Positions 53,620-64,000 of a stretch of 64,000 bases of DNA are shown here, one piece after another. The notes beneath the pieces are model-generated. The model saw only the letters and a list, made by a program, of their open reading frames with translations, ran no database searches and had not been told where the DNA came from. Source of the DNA: Eledone cirrhosa (lineage: Eukaryota); the NCBI GenBank assembly GCA_964016885.1, contig OZ024740.1, positions 377,828,001 to 377,892,000 of the forward strand. Reading direction: 5' to 3'. How positions within the stretch are numbered: the first letter of the stretch is position 1; every line of letters begins with the position of its first letter. The translations under genes and the position numbers were made by a program.

Positions 53620-55139
53620 TTAAAGAAGTTGTCGTCAAACAAAAACAACCCTATATACTGTTGGTCAAAAAGTGTAATGAATATTAAAAAGTTAAAAAAT
53701 AGAAAATTAGAGAATGAAAAATAAACTGTGTGTGTGTATTGAATAACTTGAAATCTCTAAAGATCTGCTGCCCAGTCTCAAAGGATAATGCGATAATCTA
53801 AAATATGTATATATTATATATTTGTTTCTAATATTTTCATTGAGAATGTTTTCTTTGTATTAGAGAGTTCATTTGAAAGTTTTTAAATTTCTACTTATTT
53901 TTTAGCATGGGTTTTATTGTTGGATGGCCTTCTTCTTGCCAAACATTTTCCAGCATGGATTGGATGCATTTTCTTTTCTCTTTGTTACTGGCAGCAAAGG
54001 AGTGTGTGTGTCATGACTATAGTTACTCCACTACTCTGTTTGTATTTAGAGCTACTGTGCTTCTAGAGAATTGCCGGTTGCCTTTTAAGTAGCATGCACG
54101 TGTTCACATCCCCACATAAATGCCATTGGGGCAAAGTTATTTTCATATACTATTGGATTTGTTGAGTTCCCAACTTCCTAGACAAATGAGCTTCAATATA
54201 GCTGAGAAGCCACTCTCTTTGTAATGTAAGGAGCTCTTGGTTATCAAGGATGTCTGACCCATTTAGTACCATATTTTTAATGAAAAACATAGCCTATGTG
54301 TTTCAATATATTTTGAAAATATTCAAACATTTGGCGGAATTTAATAAAATAATTTAATTTTTCATTAGTAAGCTGATGTTTGGAACATTACTTAACATAA
54401 CATTTTTTTAAAATAAATTATGATGGAAGGTTTAATATTAAGTACAGATATTTTAAAATGGACAGAGCATTGAACAAAATGCCCTGTAATATTTTGTTAC
54501 ATCTCTTTACATTTTGAGTTTAAATTCTGTCCAGGTTGACATTGTTTTTTTTATTATTCTAAGAGTGATAAAATAAGTACCAGTCAAATACTGAATTTGA
54601 TTAAATCAACTATTCCTTTGAAGGGGTTGCACCAGCAAAACTACATCCAAATGACTTTAATAATAAAGAATTTAAAAAGAAAAATTGTATGTGTAGTCTT
54701 GTGTGTGTTTAAATTTATGCGCAAACATTCTCAAAGTATTGCAGCAGGTTATTTCCTTAAAAATTTCAGTGCTTTATATTTTCTAGTTTGCAGTCCTGGG
54801 GAACTAAAATGCTGTTGATCTAGAGGCAAGCTTATTACAAATTGAAATATATTAGCACTTTTAATGATATGACTTTTTTGACTATATAGCAAAAAACACT
54901 AAAGGTTAATTGTCAAAAACAATAGTGCTACATCTTTAGGCTAATATTTTTAGTTGACATTATTGAGGTCAAGATATCGGCCTGACAGTGCTATAAGAGT
55001 TAAAGGTACTTATTTTTTTCATTCAATAATCCAGAAAGAAGAGTCGATGTTCATAGCTGTTTTAGGACCTCTCAATCTAGATGTTTAAGATGGGACAGTT
55101 GGAGTTCAGTGAGCGATTTAAAATTCAATTTAAATTGTT

Positions 55140-55392
55140 GCAGGCTAGAAGAGTGTTCAAGAATGGAATGGGTCATGTGTTGAGAAACGATGGTGAGAGG
55201 AGTGATGAAAATGACTGGAGGGAGGTAAGAGAAAGAGCCCAAAAAACATGGTTAAAGATAATGGAGGAAATGAAAGTGAGTGAATTGGTAAGGGAGATGC
55301 TGATAAAGTAAAATGGAGAAGCTTGTTATGGGGCCTGTAAGGGTAACCCCTGATTTAGCAAGGAAAATGGCATTAAAACTTGTTGAAGATTG
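55140..55392 (+). mobile_element. Decayed RTE 3' fragment
   Basis: GHVLR...RAQKTWLK-like motifs. Confidence 0.45.
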
Positions 55393-56209
55393 TTCAAGGA
55401 GGTTGTAAATTCTGGTCAGTTTTGTGAGAAGATGACTGTAATGAGTGTGATTGGGAGGGGGGGGGGTAGTATTGGCTTAAATAGAGGTCAAGTATATATA
55501 TTAACTTTTTAAGAGAACTTTGGGAAAATTATTCAACATTTTATTATACTTTTCTTTTGAATTGTACTCTCCCTTCTTTCATTATGAATCATTTCTAACA
55601 TGTTTTCAAGCTAAGTTTTACAGTTTTAAAAATAATTTAACACTTTCATTACCATAATTCCAGTGAAATACATTGTATATGTCTTTCAAATAATTTCGAA
55701 AATAATCAAAGATTTGGAGGAATTTAGTAAAACCACTAGCTAACATTTCCATTACTAAACTGTTGTTTGAAAGGCATAGCTTAACATTTCTTACCTAAAT
55801 TTATGATGGACATTTTTGTACAATAGAACTAGGAGTGATTTCATGCAAGTTGGTATCAAAAGGGTTTAAATCTTTGGAAATTCTGGAAATTAGACACTTT
55901 TTAAGACATCCAGAATAATTCAGTTGACTAGCGTCAAACACCATGCTTTGCAGTATAGTTATGGCCCTTTATGCTCTGAGTTCAAATCCCGCCAAGGTTA
56001 ACTTTGCCTTTCGTCCTTACGGGGGTCAATAAAATAAAGCACCAGTAATGCAGTGGGGTAATTGCTGGCTTTGTGCCAAAAGTAGAAACAATTATTACTA
56101 AAAAGTCAATTGTTACATTTATTCTACTCTTGAATATTTCAAAACACAGAATCCCATGTACAATTCATGACTATTTCAAAACACAGAATCCCATAAACAA
56201 TTCATTACT

Positions 56210-56510
56210 AAACATGGATGAGCTGAGAGAAAAACTGGATATAATAGGAATCAGATGTAGTGTGCAGGAGCAAAGTATGCACTGGTATGGTCATGTGATG
56301 CATATGGAAGATGATCATTGGGTGAAGAAGTGGATGGGAGTTACAGAAAGGGGGAGGGGGCAAGGAAGACCTGGGTAAAGGTTGTGAAAGCAGATCTTAA
56401 ATCACTGAGACATGCAGTCAAAATGGCAATGGACTGTGACAAGTGGAGGAATGTTGTGCTGAAAAAGCTCTCTGCAAGCATGGAAAAACATAAAATGGTG
56501 GTGATGATGC
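56210..56510 (+). mobile_element. RTE LINE 3' fragment with (GAT) tail
   Basis: ELREKLDIIGIRC...HWYGHVMHMEDDHWVKK, frameshift, RKTW...DCDKWR. Confidence 0.8.
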
Positions 56511-58367
56511 TGTATTTTTCAAATAGAACAATTTTCAATTTCTGGTAACCAACAGTATATAAAGAATTGTACTGCTTTAATTCACTCAGTACTCTTTATA
56601 CTTCTGTCAATCGTGCTTAGCTGATTTGTTGGAGGACTAGAATTAATAAGGAGTAAAGCTGTTATTTATATTGTACTGACTGACCAGTATTTGTACTTTT
56701 ATACCTACTGAAGCATGAGGGGTACAATTAGTGATGTTGCTTTTAGGTGTCATTGTTTTATTACAGTTCCCAGGTGTTTGTTTCATTGAACATTGATCAT
56801 TCAATCACCTTTTTTAGCTTATAATTTCCTGCTGATATCAACTGTGCATCCTCAAAGTAACAAGTACATATATTTCACTAACTAAAGCTGCCAGTGAAAA
56901 GGAAATAGTATCTGCTTCAATGGATTAATGATGACATTAGACATACACAAAGAACTTAATACTTTTCATCTCAGCTTTTCAGATACATATACCTTCTTAC
57001 CTTACTGTACAAAACTTGACCTCTCATTTTGAAATAGCTTGCATAAATAGTATTGATTGATGAACAAATTATATACATATTTCAGATGCAGCAGATGTGT
57101 GCTGTTTAATTAACAAATAAACATCATGTGAATGCACTTTAATAATAGATGTCTGCTAATTAATCAAAGGAAAATCATACTTAATTTAATTTTTGAGAAA
57201 ACCCTTCTTCCTTGCCTCAGATCGCTGTATATATTAAATTGTGTGTGAGGGGGCTTGCTGGCACGAGATGTATGTAATTGTAAAAATCTAGCTAAAGCTT
57301 TAATACTTATACAATGTTAAATTGTTTCCAAGTTTTGTTAAGGCATGCATTTCATTTGATGTGTATATTAAATAAAAAAATGTTACATTCAGATGGCGCT
57401 ATTGTTCTCTGCTAAAAAAAAAAATAAAAAAAAAAACAGAAGCAAAAATACTCCCAGCATGTAAAGTAAACAAAAATTTGAGAAACTTGTTGAAACTTTA
57501 ACGGATGGAATGGTAAAAAATCATTATGTAATGGAGTTGTAAAACAAAAACTACACTCTAAATGACACTTAAAACATTTTAAATGTCAAAATATTAAAAC
57601 TTCATATTCCACTCATGAGAATTTCAAAATCACACCATCTAAACATGTGTTGATAAGCTGCCTTGGTTTATATACAGGATTTAGATTTCTACCCATTTCT
57701 CTGACATAAAATAGTGAGGTCAGCAAATATTCGCATATATACCGTATATTTATCTTCCATATTAATTTTATGTAAGGAACTTTGTTCCAAACACCAGCTT
57801 GATAGAAAGCTATTTTACAGAAATTTATTTTACAAAATAGTTCTAATTTCTTGATTTTTTTTTTGAAAAACTGCAGATAGTGTCTTTCATAATGTATTAT
57901 ATTAACTCTCATGAAAGAATTAATGTAATACATATGAGAAAATAATTTGTAAACTTAGAGCATTATTTCCAACAATGAAATACTAAGAGTTTCAGTTGTG
58001 CTAATTAGCAGTTGTGTTTGTCCACTTATTCTATATACACCAGTAGTTTTAATTAGACAGTTATTACATTTTTGTAATGTAATTAGTTTTGAAATTGTAT
58101 GCATATTCTTTCTTTAATATTCAAACTTTCTACCTTCCACTACTAGTACCATTTCAGTTTATATTATGGTGTATAGGCATGGACATGGCTGAGTGCTTAA
58201 GAAATTTGCCTTGATACTATGTGGTTTGGGTTTTTTTATCCCACTGGTACCTTGGACTAGTGCCTTCTACTATAGCCTTGGGCCAACCAATCCCTTATGA
58301 AGGAATTTGGTAGACAGAATCTGAAAGGAATCCTGACATATGTCTGTGTGTATGTATGTATGTATGT

Positions 58368-58702
58368 ATCATCATCATCATTTTACGTCCACTTTTCCCT
58401 GCTTGCAAGGGTGGGACGGGAACTGATTCTGGCTTGATTTCTACAGCTGGATGCCCTTCCTAACACCAGCCTCATTTACAGTGAGTGCTGGGTGCTTTTT
58501 TTCCGTGGCACCTCCATGACCACTTTGCAGTGGAATGGTAGGGACCCCAGTCCCTATCATCTCATTTCTACAGCTGAGTAAACTGGAGCAATGTGAAATA
58601 AAGTGTCTTGCTCAAGGAAACAACACATCACCCGGTCTGAGAATTGAACTCACAACCTTTCGATTGCAAGGCCAATGCTCTAACCACTAAGCCATGTGCC
58701 TC

Positions 58703-58704
<2 letters not shown>
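58368..58704 (-). mobile_element. Full-length tRNA-derived SINE family 2
   Basis: Near-identical to 36772-37158 except for the internal hairpin region. Confidence 0.85.
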
Positions 58705-58748
<44 letters not shown>

Positions 58749-60331
58749 ATGTGTGTGTGTGTCTTCTCATTCAACATTGCAAGCTATTTGTTTACATTCT
58801 GCATAGAGAAAATGCTGCTCAGCAGTTAGACATACAAAGATCTGTACTTTTACTTAGAAGACAAGTCAAAGTCGGCATCAGGAAGGGCTTCTAGTTGTAG
58901 ACTTTTGCCTTAACGCCTCATCCAACATAGTAAATTGGATATAAAACCGATGATGATGTTTTCTTTCTTCACAATATTTGATGTACTTTTGAAAGAGTTG
59001 GGACAAACAATATATTTGTACCCACAATAAAATGCACTCAACCTCATTGTAAAGTGATAGTGCTGGTGCCACAATAAAAGCACTGAATCCAGCCTGTTAG
59101 ATGGTAGTGGCAGTGTCATAATAACACACAACCAGCACAGGAAGGGCATCTAGCCATAGAAACCATGCCAAGACGCAGTCATCTGACATGTCTGGCCTCA
59201 GTACATGACAACCCCTCTAACCAATGCAAGTATGGGAAATTGACATAAAATGGTGATAATGATGATAGTGTGGCTGTCAACTTCATTTCAAGCAAAATCA
59301 TTTTCATATTGTAGTATTTGCCTGTATCAGGTGTATTATCTTCTGCCATGCTCCCTTAGATGACTACCTAGCTCAGACATTGTTTTAAATTTTTTATGAC
59401 AGATGGGGTACAGAATTTGATCAAGGACACCATCAATAAGGGCTTTGCCCTTGTGTATTTATTTCAAATGGATTTTCAACCCAGCAGTGAACGTGCATGC
59501 CATTGAACATAAAGGTCTGAAGTGGGGTTGATGGAATAGCATATAAAGACTTGTGAAGGTGTATGACCTTATGATCGTGATCATAAGGTCGTAGGTTTAA
59601 TTCCTGGACCAATCTTGAGCAAGACACTTCATTTCACATTGTTTTTCATGATAGGAATATAGCCCTTATCATTAAAACACACAAGAAATTTTTTATGAGA
59701 TGCAACTGTGTAAGAGGCCAGCTAAACCTGCCTAAGTGTTAGCTGTAAATTTCATTTTCAATGCATTGCAAACATTTCATGAAAATATTTAGTGTCTTAA
59801 GTAGAATTATTTAATAGTTTATAGATTTAGATTAACATTTTTTGTATTTTGTTATTTATTGAAATAAATTTTTATATGAGAGTATTGAAGTTTGCTTGAA
59901 GCATTGTGGAATCAACATCACAGAACAGGGAGGGATCCACTCCAACTTCTACCGCAAGGCAGTCTGCAGGGACCTGTTCGTCCACTACAAGTCCGCCCTC
60001 CCTAACAGTGCTAAAAGAGGGTAGTACATCACGATCAAGATCACGCGAATTAAAAACAGATGCAGCGATCCCGCGAGTGGTGTCACCCATACCAAGCGAT
60101 TCCTCAAAGTGCTGGAGACGAACGGGTACTCTGCCTCACTCACAAACAGAATAAGACACCAGACGCAAGAGGCAGAAAAACACCCAAGGCAAGTGCTTCC
60201 TTAAAATACCACACCTGGGCGAGAATACCACCAACGCTATCCGCAGGGCTACACGGAGGGAGGGCCTTGACATCCACTTGGCCCACCCGGGCCCCTCCCT
60301 GTGAAGATGCCTCTCCAGGAAACCCGGGAAA

Positions 60332-60679
60332 TTGACTGACGTGTGCTCCCTCAGAAACTGCCCGATGCGCCATACAAACTGTTGCCGACGCACATACGTC
60401 GTGTATAAGGTAGAATGTAACAGGTGCAACCACTACTATATAGGTAGCACAATCCGTCCGCTACACATCGGGATCAACGAGCACATCAACACCAGGGCCT
60501 CGTCTTTCCGGAAACACATAACCAAATGCGGAAACAAAGACGGAAGGCCCATTGTTACAGTGCTAACAACGGAACGAAACGTCGACACATTACGAATCAA
60601 GGAAGCACTTTGGATCAAACGCCTAGGGCCACAAATAAATAACCAATCCGAGAGACGCGAAATGAGGTGGTTGGTTTAA
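60332..60679 (+). pseudogene. GIY-YIG endonuclease domain of the Penelope-like element
   Basis: VVYKVECNRCNHYYIGSTIRPLH...EH...LRIKEALWIKRLGPQIN. Confidence 0.9.
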
Positions 60680-60996
60680 ATAAACAAACGAGGCAACAAC
60701 ACACGCACACACACACACAGTAGCATTCACCAAACAGGCAGGGAATACTACCACCACCACACACTATTCAACACTGCTAATACAGAAACCAGCACGGGCA
60801 GATAATACATGGATTGACAGCTAACGCCACCCCACTGCCACAATTAAAAGAACTATTTCGGCCGCCGACCTCTGCTTGACCGACGCCATTTCACGCGCAC
60901 GCGCTCTGCTAAATACCTCAGATATTCAAAACAATGAACAGCGGAGGACACGCATCGCTCCTATCCGACAGATAACCTCCCCCCCTCCGGAAAATC

Positions 60997-61030
60997 CCCC
61001 AGTTGATGGATGTGAATCCGAAATATAGGG
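60997..61030 (+). ncRNA. Hammerhead remnant in the PLE pLTR, core mutated
   Basis: CCC-CAGTTGA-T-GGAT(GTGA)ATCC-GAAA-T-ATA-GGG; two substitutions in CUGAUGA. Confidence 0.55.
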
Positions 61031-63199
61031 ACAATTAAATCTCTCCCAAGGTAACTCTATCCCGTGCTATTATTTTTATTTTTTACGCTCTTTTCTACGT
61101 TCTACACACTATACATCTCATTCTACATTCACTTACTCTCTTGACCACCGTATCTTGTTACCCGGAGAATTACCCATCTGCATTGTTGAGGTTTCCAAAA
61201 CAACCTAAAGAAAATATAAATTTTTATATCCAGCAACCAAATCATTAAAAAAGATTTTTTAGTCTTGTAGGATATTGTGATGGACATATCTTTTCTTTAC
61301 TTTAATCAAATCCTATAATTAACTGCAGTCTCTTTAAAACAATTATAAGCTGGATTTTGTTTTCAATTAATTTTTTTTTTCTATTCTGTACACATACAGT
61401 TGACTGCAAATTGGCAGAATCATTAGAACATTGGCTAGAATGTTTTGCAGTATTAGTTCTGGCTCTCTCTGCTCTGAATTCAAAACCTGCCATTGTCAAC
61501 TTTGCCTTTCTTCCTTTCTAGGTCAATAAATTTTGGGGTCAAACTTTTTTCTTTTTTTATAACTCTTTCTTGCTTCCTCTCTATCACTCTTTCTCTTTCC
61601 TCTGGAAAAAATAGCTGTGTTCAGACCTAAATAAGTGATGGGCTCTGCCAGTTTTAAAGTGCCCAAGAAATACTATATTACTACAATGCCCCTGCAACTC
61701 CACCAGGAGTTGCAAGCCCATACATAGACTTACAGTATTACATGGTGTTTTCCCATGACTACTATTCAACCAACAGTCACGGTCTCATTTTTAATACATT
61801 AAGAATCTAAAAACTTTACAAATCTTGAAATAGAAACAAAATAACATTAAAATTGAAGACTAGAATATAGAATTTGCTCAAATAAAGGGCTTCTAACTTA
61901 GGCATAATGTTAACAATTTTAGGGAGAAAGGAAAAGTCGACTATACAACCTCCAATTCTTTACTGGTACTATATTTTATCAATCCAAAAAGGATGAAAGG
62001 TAAAGTTGGCTTTGGTTGGATTTGAACTCAGAATGTAAAAGGCTGTTATAACACCAATTTTCTTAAAACTTGTTTAAATTAATGTGAATTTTAAAAATGT
62101 TACTAAATTAGTGACATTTTGTCTGCAGTTTCAGACACAACATCATCAGTAAGTACTTAAAATACTAATTAATAAAATTTAGCTATCAAGTATTCTGAGC
62201 ATTTGACATCTTTTGTACTTTTATTTGATGATAAAAAGAAAATCTGCCAATTTAGGTCAGTTGACTTTCATATACTGTACATATATTACCTATATCTTAC
62301 TAGCCAGTAATGACTAATTCTGACATGAGCTAGGTGTACGCTATCAAGATATGTCTTCCTTGACAACCCAATGGAATCAGCCAGTTAGCATAAAAATAGA
62401 TAAGCACCAATTTAAATACTATTTGACATAGTGATGATATTTAAAAAAAACTATGATTTTTTTTTCTTCTTCCATTTTTCCTTTTTATTTAAACAAATAC
62501 CTGCTGTTGTTTCTTTTATTATCAGTTGAAATAGTTCCACTTGGATTTTAGACACCGATCAATTGGCCTAGTTTGTATGAGTCATCTTTTAAGATATATC
62601 TGTTTTCTTATAGCATTGCTTACAGTGTTTCCATGATCTCATTGTCTTTCGTTTCTAAGTGGCGGAAGAATGCAGAAGGTTTTTGTATGAATGTTTACTC
62701 TGAAAAATGAAGGAATGTCAATTCAAATGTGTAATTGTATTGCATGTCCAAACAAGCACAATTGCTTCTCCTATACTCCTCTTACAATTTTTTTTATTCC
62801 CCTTAGTTTAATTTGAACTCAGTCTTACTTGTAAATTAATGTTGCACATCTCACAAATCATACTCGGTTCATCCCCCTTCAGTTAGGGAATATCTTTTGC
62901 ATTCATTTGCCATATTTTGCTGCCATATTGCATTAAATTTTAGATACACACAATGTATAATGTATTTACCTTTTGCTCAGAGTAACAACTGCCCCAATTA
63001 GTTTTTCAATGGTGTTCACTCCCAAGCCACTATATACTTTCACTATAAATAATTTAAGCACTAATTACATCATCTATAAAGCATAACTTAATCTACTACT
63101 TCTAGGGTGCCACTCTTCCTTTTCATAATTGAACAGATACTATAAGAAGTCCAATCTAAAATACTAGCTCCCTGCTTGTCTGTACCTTTTGAGTGGATT

Positions 63200-63378
63200 G
63201 AAAGTATTGGTAGAGCCACAAACACCATGTTTTGCAGCATAGTTATGGCCTTTTATGTTCTGAGTTCAATTCCCACTGAGGTTAACTTTGCCTTTCATCC
63301 TTACGAGGTCGATAAAATAAAACACCAGTAATGCACTGGGACAATTGCTGGCCTTGTGCCTAAAGTAGAAACAATTAT
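63200..63378 (+). mobile_element. SINE family 1 copy
   Basis: Same body and tail as 10101. Confidence 0.8.
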
Positions 63379-63424
63379 TTACACTGGCTAACTGTCTAAC
63401 CCATGCAAGTGGACATTAAATAAT

Positions 63425-63609
63425 TGTTTCTATTTTAGGCACAAGGCCAGCAATTACTCAGTGCATTACTGGTACTTTATTTTATCGACCCCGTAAGGAT
63501 GAAAGGCAAAGTTAACCTCGGCAGGATTTGAACTCAGATCAGAAAGGGGCGTAACTCTGTGCTACAAAGCATGTTGTCCGACCCTTTACCGATACTGCCA
63601 AACCACCAC
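63425..63609 (-). mobile_element. Full-length young SINE family 1
   Basis: Perfect 19-bp TSD CAAGTGGACATTAAATAAT (63406-63424 / 63610-63628). Confidence 0.9.
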
Positions 63610-64000
63610 CAAGTGGACATTAAATAATGAGGACTATGCATCTTACTCCCTTCACACATATTCAACAAGTCTACTTCTTTTATACTACTAGGCTTCAATG
63701 GGTTGAAATTAACTTAATATGATGATCTAGTATATAGTCTTTTAGACAACATAATTCTAATTATTTGTCATCACATTCAAATATAAGACTGAACCTCAAA
63801 ATCAACTACCTGCATGGACCTGCTTACATTTCAACTTGAAGTGTTTTGTTTATCACCTGTTACTTCTAATTTATATTTGTCTTCTGACATTTTAACTTCC
63901 TAATTGCTTGTGTCTCTAGTTGTATTGCTTGATACCTTCTATTTGTTATAGTCAACAAGTTTTTTTCTTTTCTTGGATTTCTGTAGTAAAGTAGGATTAA

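Larger units (their letters stand above)
59908..61179 (+). mobile_element. 5'-truncated Penelope-like retrotransposon
   Basis: RT thumb-like FYRK..DLFVHYKSALP..RIKNRCS..LETNGY (with a stop), GIY-YIG domain, 3' pLTR with hammerhead remnant and candidate 7-bp TSD GCATTGT (59901-59907 / 61180-61186). Confidence 0.9.

Noticed and set aside
62110-62156. Minus-strand CTGATGA...GAAACTGCAGAC hammerhead-like motif
   Set aside because: No NUH at the expected position and stem I does not pair

Overview
AT-rich, microsatellite- and repeat-dense eukaryotic DNA; the SINE, MITE and microsatellite content suggests an octopus (coleoid cephalopod), which is inference. One host coding exon is visible: 4424-4560 (+), MNGCNAHVAM...TEPLTSKYSVQGELG(R), ending at a phase-2 GT donor. 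It matches the start of a DRAK/STK17-type Ser/Thr kinase domain. I found no exon 2, so about 59 kb of the window is probably intron 1. The rest is mobile-element debris: a Hero/R2-group LINE fragment, RTE fragments, a bipartite RTE-derived element, tRNA-derived SINEs, piggyBac, hAT, Tc1/mariner and Merlin-like MITEs, and Penelope-like element (PLE) remnants. The most notable signal is a set of 7-8 PLE-type minimal hammerhead ribozyme motifs. The complete ones are all antisense to the kinase gene, the sense ones are mutated or truncated, and two sit inside ~60-bp-arm perfect inverted repeats. The intron also holds many other long foldbacks that are candidate dsRNA/ADAR substrates. Most ORF-track entries are microsatellite or repeat artefacts. 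Coordinates were read by eye and may be off by a few bases.
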